Source of the DNA: Heptranchias perlo
Lineage: Eukaryota
Assembly: GCF_035084215.1 (NCBI RefSeq)
Contig: NW_027139729.1
Coordinates: 2,790,001-2,854,000 of the forward strand
Direction: 5' to 3'
DNA length: 64,000 nucleotides
The first letter of the stretch is position 1; the number at the start of each line of letters is the position of its first letter. The position numbers and the translations under genes are program-made. Below are positions 1 through 11,900 of the stretch, one piece after another. The notes under the pieces are model-generated. The model was not told where the DNA came from. It searched no databases and saw only the letters and a program-made list of their open reading frames with translations.

Positions 1-259
1 TCGATGAGCAAAGAGACTTAGGTGCCCAGGTACAGCAATCACAAAAAAACTAGTGCACATGTACCAAAAATTATTTTAAATTTCGAGGCTGTCGTATCCC
101 AAGGTATCAGTTACTTCGCCAACTCTCTGGAATTTGCTGACACAATCAGGCACCACGACCTCCCTCGCTGGTCCATTCCATCCATCCAGCACCATCTGCA
201 TTAAAAAATTGTAAACAATTTTACAACACCAAGTTATAGTCCAGCAATTTTATTTGAAA

Positions 260-298
260 TTCACAAGCTTTCGGAGGCTTTCTCCTTCCTCAGGTGAA
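260..298 (-). ncRNA. Minimal type I hammerhead ribozyme motif (Penelope pLTR)
   Basis: Reverse complement reads UUCAC-CUGAGGA-A-GGAG(AAAGC)CUCC-GAAA-GC-UU-GUGAA. Confidence 0.75.
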
Positions 299-347
299 CA
301 TTCACCTGAGGAAGCTTTCGGAGGCTTCCTCCTTCCTCAGGTGAATG

Positions 348-386
348 TTCACCTGAGGAAGGAGAAAGCCTCCGAAAGCTTGTGAA
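348..386 (+). ncRNA. Minimal type I hammerhead ribozyme motif (Penelope pLTR)
   Basis: Stem I UUCAC/GUGAA, core CUGAGGA and GAAA, stem II GGAG/CUCC, palindromic AAGCUU in place of stem III. Confidence 0.75.
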
Positions 387-759
387 TAACTTGGTGTTGT
401 AAAATTGTTTACAATTGTCAACCCCAGTCCATCACCGGCATCTCCACATCATGCATTAAAAAAAGTTACATTCAAGCATTCTGCTCATCCTGTGCCCCAG
501 GTGGATAAGACGAATCGTGGCGGGAGGACCCAGACCATCAGCCTTATGTGAGTTTAGACATTTCTGTTTTAAATTCAGCTTATTGTATTTGCAGTTTTTT
601 TTCCCTTTTTTTGGTACATTTCTAATTTTATTTCATTCTTGCACATTTTGCATTTTACACAAATTCTCCAAACCCTGTGCGCAGTGAGTGCTGAATCCGG
701 GCCCTTTGATTGACAGCTCTCTCCTCCCCCCGTCTGCTGGGCTGACACCTTCCACCACG

Positions 760-1110
760 TGACACTCTGAAGCGTCACCCACCTTTGCGCGCTGACGTCA
801 CGAGGCGTATGTGCCGCTCGGGCCAGAGGGATGCCGCACATGCGCCGCGCGGTTCCTGTGCCGCGTTCCCTCAGCAACAGGCCGGCGCCGGGAAGATGAC
901 GGCGGGCGGGCGGTGCTGTGGGCGGGGGCGAGGCCGACAGAGGGAGGGCCCGCACCCGGGAGTGGCCTGAGAGGGGAGGCGGGCGGAGTTACTCCTGCGG
1001 GCCCCGTGAATCTCCACTCTGTCAGCGGCCGGTGTCGAGCTGGGCTCGGGGGGGAGTCACTCTCCCGCCTCCCCGTCAAACGGGCCGTGGGTCGGAGCCC
1101 AAAAGTGAGC
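760..1110 (+). promoter_or_regulatory. CpG-island promoter (CRE TGACGTCA, E-box CACGTG, NRF1-like GCACATGCGC), possibly with a degenerate first exon
   Basis: High GC and CpG density with visible motifs; duplicated at ~31900-32260. Confidence 0.6.
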
Positions 1111-1124
1111 GAGAATCAAACAGC

Positions 1125-1720
1125 ACAGAGAGAGGCCGCTCGGCCCATCCCGCCTGTGCCGGCTCTGTGAAAGAGGCCGCTCGGCCCATCGCGCCTGTGC
1201 CGGCCCTGTGAAAGAGGCCGCTCGGCCCATCGCCCCTGTGCCGGCCCTGTGAAAGAGCGATCCCAGTAGTCCCACTCCCCCCTGCTCTTTCCCCACAGTC
1301 CCGGAAATTTCCCCCCTTCAAGAATTGACCCGATTCCCTTTTGAAAGTTATTATTGAATCTGCTCCCACCGCCCTTTCAGGCAGTGAATTCCAGATCAGA
1401 ACAACTCGCTGCCTAAAAACATTCTCCTCATCTCCCTCTGGCTCTTTTCCCAATTCCCTTCAATCTGTGTCCTCTGGTTACCGACCCTCCCGCCAGTGGC
1501 AACAGTTTCTCCCCATCGACTCCATCAAAACCCCTCCTCATTTTCAACCTCTCTTTTAAATCTCCCCTAAACCGTCTCTGCTCCAAGGAGAACAATCCCA
1601 GCTTCTCCAGTCTCTCCCGGTAACTGAAGTCCCTCATCCCCGGGACCATTCTGGTAAATCTCCCCTGAACTTTCTCTGCTCCAAAGAGTGTAATCCCAGC
1701 TTCTCTATTCTCTCCACATA
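1125..1720 (-). mobile_element. CR1 LINE 3' fragments; tail region locally triplicated (~1128-1256)
   Basis: Peptide PGMRDFSYRERLEKLGLFSLEQRRFRGDL typical of CR1 ORF2 C-terminus. Confidence 0.85.
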
Positions 1721-1922
1721 ATTATTATTATTTATTAAGTGGGTTGTGCTGGGTATCTGGAAGCTGTAATTCGGTGAGTAGAAAGCAGTGGGAGGATAAG
1801 TCTGCAGATTGATTTTGGGAGATGGTGAAGACGGTGATCGTGGATTCAGACAAGGGAGGGAGGTGGTCTTTGAGACCGTCCGTGCTCTGTTATAAGATCT
1901 CACTGTGTGTGTCTTGTTCCAG

Positions 1923-2043
1923 CCGTTCCCATTTGTACCTGTGACCTGACTGGCGGAGTCTGCGACCTCAACTGCTGCTGTGACCCTGACTGTTCCTCCG
2001 CGGACATCAATGTCTTCTCCACCTGTCTGCCGGGCAGTGAACC
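1923..2043 (+). pseudogene. Isolated Tectonic-family (TCTN1/TCTN3-like) Cys-rich exon, donor site mutated
   Basis: After acceptor TTGTTCCAG encodes [39 protein letters not shown] (CxCDL-x4-CDxxCCCDxDC Tectonic signature); followed by CTAAGT instead of GTAAGT. Confidence 0.75.
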
Positions 2044-2059
2044 CTAAGTTTCTGTTCGT

Positions 2060-2175
2060 GTGTTGCTACATTGGCTCCCGGTCCGGCAAAGCCTCGATTT
2101 TAAGACACTCGTTCTCGTTTTCAAATCCCTCCATGGTCCTCGCCCGCTCCCTATCTCTGTAACCTCCTCCAACCG
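2060..2175 (+). mobile_element. L2 LINE ORF2 C-terminal fragment
   Basis: LHWLPVRQSLDFKTLVLVFKSLHG motif. Confidence 0.7.
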
Positions 2176-2277
2176 ATTTATTCTCCACCGACAACCCCAT
2201 GTCACTCCAACCTATCATGGATTCGACCCAACCCATTTATCTTCGCTCACAGCCCATGTATACTCTACGCACGATCA

Positions 2278-2721
2278 TTGCTGGGACACTCAGGTCTGTT
2301 ATACACACAGTCGGTGCTGGGACACTCAGTTCTGTTATACATACAGTCAGTGATGGGACACTCAGTCCTGTTATACACACAGACAGTGCTGGGAAACTCA
2401 GTCCTTTTTATACACATTGTCAGAGCTGGGACACTCAGTCCTGTTATACACATGGTCAGTGCTGGGAAACTCAGTCCTGTTATACACATTGTCAGTGCTG
2501 GGACACTCAGTCCTGTTATACACACAATCAGTGCTGGGACATTCAGTCCTGTTATACACACAGTCAGTGCTGGGACACTCAGTCCTGTTGAACACACAGT
2601 CAATACGGGGACACTCAGTCCTGTTGCACACACAGTCAGTGCTGGGACACCCAATCCTGTTATACATACAGTCAGTGCTGGGTGAGTCACTCCTGTTATA
2701 CACACAGTCAGTGCTGGGACA
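2278..2721. repeat. 36-bp minisatellite (GTGCTGGGACACTCAGTCCTGTTATACACACAGTCA), ~12 units
   Basis: Direct tandem units visible; 5-6 units in the paralog at 32995-33197. Confidence 0.95.
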
Positions 2722-3307
2722 TATTGGATATATTGGCCTTGGAGGGAGGACAGTGCAGATTCACCAGAATGAGACTGAAGCTTGAAGGGTTCAATTAATG
2801 AGGACCGGTTGTACAAACTGGGTTTGCATTCCCTTGAGTTTCAACGGTTGGGGGGTGATCTGATCCAGATATTTAAAATTATAAAGGGATTCGATAGGGT
2901 GGAAATAAAAACTATTTTCTCTCGTCGGTGAATCCAGAACAAGAGGTCATAAACTTAAATTTAGAGCTAGGGTGTCTTGGATTCAAATCAGGAATCTCTT
3001 TTTCACACAAGGGTAGTGGAAATCTGCTCAGGCTGATTGAAGTGGACCATGTGATATAATGTAATTTTCTGTCCTGTCAGACTTGGACATCTTGTAGATC
3101 CATTTTTTAAATTGGTGGAGGAACTGAGTGATAAGATGGATTCCACTCACTTCATCATGAGTTCTCAAACTGCCTCTCTTATCATCGAGATATCAAGGAC
3201 TGGACACACTGTGTTCAAATGAAAGCTTATTTATTTGACACTTGTACAGAATATTAAACTCCAGCCCAGTTAAAGGGATTATTAACATCAGAAACAACCC
3301 CCAACAG

Positions 3308-4051
3308 TCAGAATGAACATGGTTCAGTCCTGGATGTGATTAACATCAGCAATAACAGCAGAATCCAACCCCTGCAGTCCATGTGAACTCGCTGGTGACT
3401 CAGCAGGTGGGATGATTGAGTGAATCCCATCCCACACACAGAGCAGGTGATGGGCCTCTCCCCAGTGTGAATACGTTCATGTCTCAGCAGATCCCATTTT
3501 CTTTTAAAGCTCTTCTCACAGTTCGAACATTTAAAGGGTCTCTTATCAGTGTGAACAAGTTGGTGTTCAATGAGGCCGGATGAACAAGTGAATTCCTTCC
3601 CACACACGGAGCAGGTGAACGGCCTCTCCCCAGTGTGAACTTGCTGATGTCTCAGCAGGTGGGATGATCGAGTGAAACTCTTCCCACACACGGAGCAGGT
3701 GAACAGCCTCTCCCCAGTGTGGACTCGCTGGTGTGTCAGCAGGTTGGATGACTGAATGAATCCCTTCCCACACACGGAGCAGGTGAACGGCCTCTCCCCA
3801 GTGTGAGTGCGTTGGTGTGTCAGCAGATCACTTTTTCTTTTAAAGCTCTTCTCACAGACAGAACATTTAAAAAGTCTCTTATCAGTGTGAACAAGTTGAT
3901 GTTCAATGAGGTTGGATGACTGAGTTAATCCCTTCCCACACACGGAGCAGGTGAACGGCCTCTCTCCATTGTGTCTGCGTCGATGAGTTTCCAGCCGGGA
4001 TGAGTAACTGAATCCCCTCCCACAGTCCCCACATTTCCACGGTTTCTCCAT
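3308..4051 (-). CDS. C2H2 zinc-finger protein, 8 fingers (247 aa from MEKPWKC), with a read-through C-terminal tail
   Basis: Tandem CxxC-x12-HxxxH with TGERPF linkers; ATG at 4051; acceptor before 4403; AATAAA at 3230-3235 (minus strand). Confidence 0.8.
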   Translation of the reverse strand: MEKPWKCGDCGRGFSYSSRLETHRRRHNGERPFTCSVCGKGLTQSSNLIEHQLVHTDKRLFKCSVCEKSFKRKSDLLTHQRTHTGERPFTCSVCGKGFIQSSNLLTHQRVHTGERLFTCSVCGKSFTRSSHLLRHQQVHTGERPFTCSVCGKEFTCSSGLIEHQLVHTDKRPFKCSNCEKSFKRKWDLLRHERIHTGERPITCSVCGMGFTQSSHLLSHQRVHMDCRGWILLLLLMLITSRTEPCSF

Positions 4052-4859
4052 GGTGCGGGTGTCCTCATTTCTCTCCACGTTGGAGATCAGTGGAAGTCTC
4101 GTCTGCACAGAGAACACGTGTCTCGTTTCTCTCCACTGTGAATGGTGTGATGTTTCTTCAGGCTGTGTAACTGGTGAAAGCTCTTCCCACAGTCAGTGCA
4201 CTGGAACACTCTCAATCGGGTGTGTGTGTCTCGCTGCTATTGCAGTCACAGTGATGTTTGAAATGTTTTCCCACAGATAGAACAGATCAACATTTCTCCT
4301 ATATTTTAAGGCCGATAATCTTCAGGTGCTGGTGAATGGAGTCAGATCTTGACGTGATGTTTGGTTTGAGTTTCTCGTCTGCAAATCCGCCCCTTCTAAT
4401 ACCCTGTAAAAGGAGATAACAAAAGTCCTCACTGTGAATACAGGATAGAAATTCAGAACAGGCCATTCCAGTTCCTGTGGAACATTCTTCCCGCTCATTC
4501 CCCCAGACTGTAAATCCCTGTCCCACACACTCACCCTCCTCCCTCTGCTGAAACCCAAACCCATCACACCATCTCCAACATTTTTCCTTCTATTTAAGTT
4601 TTCTCTCTCTCCTGAAGATCCTGACTCTGACTGGGTTCAGTTCTGCACTAAATGGTTCCCCTCCCTCTCCTCCCCTGAAGGTGCTGACTCTGGTTGGGAT
4701 CAGTTCTACACTCACTGGTTCCCCTCTCCTCTCCTGAATATGCTGACTCTGGCTGTGTGTATATGCTCTGCCCCTCATTTCTACACAATGTCCCTCGCTA
4801 TAGCTGCCTGTAAGCCGTCCATCTGTGATATCTCCCAATTTTGGCGACAGACTGTCTCT

Positions 4860-5570
4860 GACCAGTTACCATTTCTCCTTCATTTAAAGAATATCCTTGA
4901 CCTGTCACAATTTCTCCTTCATTTTCAGACACTCCTTGATCAAACACCATTTCTCCGACATTTATAGATGCTCTCTTTTCCTTCAGATTTCTCCTTCATT
5001 TACAAACTCTCCCTGACCCGTCAGCATTTCCCTTCATTATTAGACGCTCCCTGACCCATCACTGTTTCTCCTTCAGATATGGACACTACCTGACCTGTCA
5101 ACAATTCTCCTGCATTTACAGACACTCCCGGACCAATCACCGTTCCTCCTTCATTTACAGACACCCCCTGACCAGTCACCATTTTGCCTTCATTTACAGA
5201 CAATCCCAGAACAAACACCATTTCTCCTTCATTTGCAGACACTGCCTGACAAGTCACCATTTCTCCATCATTTACAGACACTGCCTCATCTGTCACCATT
5301 TCTCCCTCCTTTATAGACACTCCGTCACCCGTCACCATTTCGCCTTCATTTTTAGACACTCCCTGACCTGTCACCATGTCTTCTCCCATTTATAATACTC
5401 CCTTACCAGACACCATTTCAAATTCATTTATAGACACTCCCTGACACGTCACCATTTCTCTTTCATTTATAGATATTCCCTGACCCTTCACCGTTTTTCC
5501 TTCATGTATAGACACTCCCTTACCAGACACCATGTTTCCATCATTTACAGACACTCCCTAACCAAACAAT
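4860..5570. repeat. ~40-bp intronic minisatellite (CACCATTTCTCCTTCATTTACAGACACTCCCTGACCAGT-like)
   Basis: Degenerate tandem units; paralog at 35770-36090. Confidence 0.9.
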
Positions 5571-5589
5571 TTTTCCTGGCACTTTACAT

Positions 5590-8500
5590 GATTGTGAGGT
5601 TTATTCTGTATCTGTCGGTCTCTGATAATGTGTGTGAGTATGAGATTCATTCTGTTCCTGTCATTCTCTGGTATTGTATGTGATTGTGGGGTTTATTCTG
5701 TATCTGTCAGTCTCTGATACTGTATATGAGTGTGGTGTTTATTCTGTAGATGTCTGTCTCTGGTACTGTGTGTCAGTGTGGGATTTATTCTGTGTCCGTC
5801 TGTCTCCGATACTGTAGATGTGTTTGGGGTTTATTCTGTATTTGTCTGTCTCTGGTACTGTATATGAGTGGGGGGTATATACTGTATCTGTCTGTCCCTG
5901 GTACTGTATATGAGTGGGTGGTACATATTGTATCTGTCTGTCTCTGACACTGTATGTGAATGTGGGGATTATTCAGTATCTGTCTGTCTCTGATACTGGA
6001 AATAAGTGTGGTTTTTGTTCTGTATCTCTCTGTCTCTGGTACTGTTTGAATGTGGGGTTTATTCTGCATTTGTCAGTCTCTGGTACTGTATATGAGTGTG
6101 GGGTTTATTCTGTATCTGTCAGTCTCTGGTACTGTGTGAGAGTGTGGGGTTCATTCTGTGCCTGTCAGTCTGTGGTACTGTACCTGTGTGGGGTTTATTC
6201 TGTATTTTTCAGTCTCTGATACTGTACATGAGTTTGGGGTTTATTCAGCATCTGTCTGTCTCTGATACTGGAAATGATTGTGGTTTTTGTTCTGTATCTG
6301 TCAGTCTCTGGTGCTGTATTTGATTGTGAGATTCATTCTGTATCTGTCAGTCTCTGGTACTGTGTGTGAATTTGGGATTCATTCTGTATCTGTCAGTCTC
6401 GGGTACTGTGTGTGAGTTTGGGATTCATTCTGTATCTGTCTGTCTCTGGTACTGGAAATGAATGTGGGGTTTATTCTGCATCTGTCTGTCTCTGGTACTG
6501 TTTGAATGTGGGGTTTATTCTGTATCTGTCAGTCTCTGCTGCTGTATGTGAGTGTGGGGTTTATTCAGTATTCTGTCTGACTCTGGTACTGTATATGAAT
6601 GTGGGGTTTATTCTGTATCTGTCAGTCTCTGGTACTGTGTGTGAATTTGGGATTCATTCTGTATCTGTCTGTCTCTGGTACTGCAAATGAGTGTGGGGCT
6701 CATTCTTTATTTGTCTGTGTCTGGTACTGAACATAAATGTGAGGATTATTCTGTATCTGTCAGTCTCTGGTACTGTGTGTGAGTGTGGGATACATTCTGT
6801 GCCTGTCAGTCTGTGGTACTGTACGTGTGTGGGGTTTATTCTGTATCTGTCTGTAACGGGTACTGTATGCGAGTGTCAGGTTTATTCTGCTTCTGACTGT
6901 CTCTGGTGCTGTCTCTGAGTGTGTGGTTTATTCTGTACTTCTCAGTCTCTGACACTGTATATAAGTGTGGGGTTTATAATGTATCTGGTACTGTACATGA
7001 GTATGTGGTTTATTCTGTATCTGTCTGTCTCTGGTACTGTGTATGAGTGTGGGATTCATTCTGTATCTGTCTGTCTCTGGTGCTGTATGCAAATGTGGGG
7101 TTTCTCCTGTATCTGTCAGTGTCTGATACTGTATATGAGTTTAGGATACATTCTGTATCTGTCAATCTCAGCTAATTTATCTCAGTCTGGGTTTCATTCT
7201 ATAATTCAGTCTCTGAGACCATGTGCAAGTCTGGATTCATTCTATATTCTTATTTCAGTTTACATTATTGTATTTGAAACTATATCTTTAATACTTTAAA
7301 GTATATGCAGTATTTATCGAGTGTTTAATTTGTAAATATTGATACACTTTTGGATTTTCTTTAATCAAACAACGTGTGTGAGTTTTGGAGTAGTATTACA
7401 TCTTCATCTCTGAACTCTGTTGTGAATGATAATGTACCTTTCAATCTGTTCATGGTGAAATTATTTAACTGGTATATAATGTGTAGCTCAGTCGATAATA
7501 ATGGAATTAATTCTGTATCTCAGTCTGACACTGAGATTTTTGGACTGGAATGTAATATATAGCTCAGCCTGCACTAATAGATTTGATAATGTATCAATCA
7601 GTCTGTTACTGTATGAGATTTTTGGACTGGTGTGTAACATGTAGCTCAGTCTGTGCTAATGGAATTGATGTATCTTTGAGTCTGGTATGGTCTGACAGTG
7701 TTGGACTGCTATATAATGTTTGGCTCAGTCTGCACAAATGGAATTGATACATTATCATTCAATCTGACACTAAGATTTTTGGACTGGCATGTTATGTGTA
7801 ACTCAGTCTGCAGTAATTTGACTTAGAGATTCATTCTGTATTTGTCTGACTGTTACTTTGTGATTCATTCTGTATCTGTCAGCCTGTTGTACTGTGTGTG
7901 AGTGTAGGATTCATTCTCTATATGTCAGTCCCTGGTACTGTGTGTGAATGAGATTCATTCTGTTCCTGTCAGTCTGTGGCACCATGTGTGAATTTGGGAT
8001 TAATTCCATATCTGTCAGTGTCTGGTGCTGTATGTGAGTGAGACATTCATTCCATTTCCATCAATCTCTGATACTGTATATGAGTGATATATATACTGTA
8101 TCTGTCAGTCTGTGCTACTGTATGTGAGTGTGGGATTCGTTCTGTATCTGTCAGTCACTTGTACATTGTGTGAGTGAGGGATTCATTTTATATGTCAGTC
8201 TCTGGCACTGGATCTGAGTATTAGATTCATTATTTATCTGTATCTAATTTGTATCTCAGTTTACAGCATGGTGCTCAAAACTGTATCTTTAATACCTAAA
8301 TGTATAAATAATTTTTCCCAGTATTTAAGTGGTAGATAATCATATCCTTTAAAATCTGATGCTGTCGGTCATAATCAGAGAATGAGTGCACTTTTTGGGC
8401 TACTACTAAATCTGCATCGATGTGAACACAGTTGTGATTTAGTGTATCTTCCAAACTGATATGGTGACATTTTTGAACTTGTTTACAATGTGTAGCTCAG

Positions 8501-9300
8501 TCTGCATAAATGGAACACTGTATATTTCAGTCTGAATCTGTATTGGTCTTTTGTATTGGTATATAATATGTAGCTCAGTCTGCACTAATGGAATTGATAC
8601 TGTATCTTTCAATCTGACACTGAGATTTGTGGACTGGTCCCTAATTTGTAACTCAGTCTGCACGAATGTAGGTGACTGTGAGATTCATTTTGTATCTCTC
8701 AGTCCGTGATACTGTGTGGGATTTATTGTGTATCTTGTGAGTAGTTTGTTTGAGTTTGCGATTCATTCAATATATACAGTCTCTGATGCTGTGTGAGTGT
8801 GGGATTCATACTTTATCTGCCAGTCTCTGCTACATTATGAGATATTTGGGATTCATTTTATGTCAACTTTGGTACCATAAAAGAGTGTGAGATTTATTCT
8901 GTATCTGTCTATAATTATTCTCTCTGATTACATTATAGTGTTCAATACTGTAGCTTTAATATCTTCATGTTTAAATAGTTTTTTCTCATTTAATTGGTAA
9001 ATATGGATAAACTTTAGAATTTCATGCTGGAGGTTTTTAATCAGATAATTTGTGTATCTTTGGACTACTGTTAAATCAATATCTCTGTGTACTATTGTGA
9101 ATGGTAATATATATTTCAAACTGATAATGATTTTTGAATTGGTATATAATGTGTAGTTCAGTCTGTACTATTGTAATCGATACTGTGTTTTTCAGTCTAA
9201 TATTGTATGAGATTTTTGGACTGGTATGTAATGTGTATCTCAGTCTGCACTAATAGAATTGACACTGTATCTTTAACTCTCATACTATGAGTGTATTATA
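5590..9300. repeat. Satellite-like array of ~46-bp units (TGTGGGGTTTATTCTGTATCTGTCAGTCTCTGGTACTGTATATGAG) with longer derived units
   Basis: Tandem degenerate units; inverted homologs at 48540-52930 and 62180-64000. Confidence 0.9.
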
Positions 9301-11900
9301 AACTGGTTTCTAATTTCTTTCTCAGGTTACACTGTCACAGCATTTCTCGGTCTGATGCTGCAGATGAGTTTTGGACTTGGCTGCAATTTGTATCTCATGA
9401 TACACTATTCAAATGGATACTGCATGTATTAAAGTCACATGTGCGAGTTGTGGGGTGGTATTCAGTTGGAATCTCGGGGTACATTATTGGGGTTCATTCT
9501 GTCCCTTTCAATTGAGTACTATGTGTGATTTCTATCTGGTATTTAATGTTGCCCTATTGTGAGATTGACACAGTGCCTTTCAATCCGAGAGTGTGATTTT
9601 GGACTGGACTTTTTGTATCCACCTGTCAGCGGGACTGAGTTCGGGGGAAATGGAACAGTGTCTGCCTCACCTGCTCTGTTTGACAGTTAGATTGAAAATG
9701 TGTCCCTGGGTCTTGGGATCAGTGTGGGACTGACGACTTCTGCTGTCTGAGACTGTGGAGCTGATGAGCTGTCTGTGATTCCGTACTTACTGTGTGTGAG
9801 AAGGAGCTGGCTGCACTGTTCCTTGTGCCTCGGGTGGAGGAAACATCACATTCATTCTGGATCCTTCAAGGATTTGCCTGTAGAAAGAAAATTATCTCTT
9901 GTTACTCAGGAACAGGTGAGGTAGAAAATACAAAAGTGATCAGTTTAATATCTCTGTTAATGATTATTATGAATATCCACAAATGAAAACCAGTGATACA
10001 AACAGTGTCAATGTCTGACTCCACTGCAGTACTGCAGCACTCAGCTTCTGCACACCAGGTGTGTTCGACGATTTTAAAACAATTTCGTGACATCCAGACA
10101 CAACCCAACCCCTGCACTGATCAGTGAATGGGACTACCCGATGGGGCAGGGACCTTTGTGCAGGTCAGGTTTCTCAACTCCTCGAACATGGGACTAACCG
10201 TTCACCCGAAACCAAGCAACCGCTGTTTAAAATGTGTCCTTCACACTTCTCACCTGGTGCCTGCAATAGATACTGTTTGTCTAACTCCCCACATCCTGAC
10301 TGTTCACTGTCCAGTAACAGGGTGAGACTGGAACTGAACCAGGAACATTCACCACTGATTTGGGGAGAGAAAGCAGCAATGATTTTAAATAGCAGGTTCT
10401 TCCCATTCTCTCTCCCTTCCCCTGGACACACCCTGGACACACACAGCCCGAGAATGACCTCTCCCTTCCCCCGCTCACTCCATGTTCCGGGACCAGTTCC
10501 TGATCCACTCCGCCTCTTACAAACAGCCCCCGGACTCCCCCTGACCTTCCCCCGGACTCAATGCCGATCTCTGAGCCCATCTGCGGACACGGTCCCGAAG
10601 CGATGAGCTGCTGTAACGAGGCTGCTCTTTGCTCCCTTCCCCCGGGGGCCGTGATCTCTCCATTCCCGGCTGTTTTAAACCATCTTCTTCCGCTCACTGA
10701 GGGAATGGCGCCCACAGGCCGAGCTGGGGGAGGGGAGCGCGCATGCGCTCTTCTGCTCACCAACAACCAGCGCTGGGGGCGGGGCTAAGTCACGCATGCG
10801 CAGATATCTGGTTTAATTCCCAATACAAAAATCGATGGAAACTTTCCCCAATTGGAATTTTTCCGAGTCTGAGCAAAGGAAGTGGGTCTGGGGGAAAGGT
10901 CAGAGGGAATGGGGTCCACAGGCAGTGCAGGAACAGGCACCAGAATGGGAAACAGATGGGATTCCACCAGTGCCTAACGCTGGAATCCAGACTGACTTTA
11001 CAATCTCTAACTATTAAACTAGATGTTTCCATCCCTGCTGTTTCTCTCGGTATCTTTTGATGGTAAAGAGTCTTTCAGAGATAAAGTGAGCGGTTCTGAA
11101 ATGAACCTATGGATTCTGTTCATTCGTGGCCCCTTTAATGATAAAACTGATGCGAGGATTTCTCAAACCAATCCTGGAGAAACATAAGAGGAAAGAGTGA
11201 GTCGGTGTGTTTGTTGGGACCGTATAGGATTCATATCTGACAGCAAAAGTCACAGATTAACTTAACCGGAGTGAAACTCTCGGTCACTGAGAGTAATACC
11301 AAAAGGCCCTGAGCTGCATAACTGCAGATGGTAGAACAGGCAAAAGAGGGTTAAATGTCGCCCATTGTTTTTGTCACTCTCTGCACTGTCCCTGAGTGTG
11401 GGATTAAAAGCGTGTCTGTCTCTGGTACAATAACAGTGAGAGATGAGACCGCATCTTTTCTCTCTCCAACGGGATCTTTCTGGATAAAACGCAACTTTAC
11501 AGATCAGTCTGGAACAAATACTGTATATGTCTGTCGTTCTCTCTCTCTCTGGTGCTGTATACGTATGTTGGATACTGTTGGCAAGTGTGATACAGACACA
11601 CTGATTGGAAGTGTAATTCTGACAGTGTGTGTTTGTCTCTCTCTAGTGCTGAACATGAAGGTGGGAGACCGTCTGATATAAAACAGAGAGAATGAGATGT
11701 CCGGGCCGGGCCTCACAGTAACTGAGGTTGTGTTCGGCTCCAGTCCCAGTTCATGCTCATTTTTTTTTAACAGATTCAGGGCGAGAGTCTCTGTGCGACG
11801 GTAACACTGGCGGAGAAATTCTGCGCCACAACTCAAACACCAACACACGAGATTCTCCAAATCAGCTGGAATAAGGTGTTTGTAAACTGCTGAACCCTTC
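9290..11900. repeat. Promoter-bearing repeat cassette, copy 1; inverted copies at ~45680-48560 and ~60500-62200
   Basis: Near-identical translated frames at 10743-11060 (+) and 46864-47181 (-), and at 10124 / 47799 / 61427. Confidence 0.9.
10545..10805 (-). promoter_or_regulatory. CpG promoter and probable non-coding first exon of the ZNF gene at 3308-4403
   Basis: Two NRF1 palindromes (GCGCATGCGC, CGCATGCGC), GC box, ETS/YY1-like CGGAAGAAGATGG, donor-like GAAG|GTCAGG near 10545 facing the ZNF exon. Confidence 0.55.

Larger units (their letters stand above)
209..451 (+). mobile_element. Short fold-back Penelope-like element insertion (inverted pLTR pieces plus 3' tail)
   Basis: Matches the 3' end of the GIY-YIG element at 30345-30470; flanked by TSD TGCATTAAAAAA (197-208, 452-463); empty site at 31601-31612. 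Confidence 0.88.
1..5570. repeat. Segmental duplication copy A (CpG island, Tectonic-like exon, 36-bp minisatellite, ZNF gene, ~40-bp minisatellite); paralogous to ~31414-36070
   Basis: Colinear near-identical sequence, e.g. 452-1500 vs 31601-32578 and 3070-4860 vs 33190-35770. Confidence 0.93.

Noticed and set aside
2199-2816. Long repetitive ORFs in several frames
   Set aside because: By-product of a 36-bp (multiple of 3) minisatellite
5750-7299. Cys/Val-rich ORFs, also at 48865-52949 and 62525-62846
   Set aside because: Translations of the 46-bp satellite
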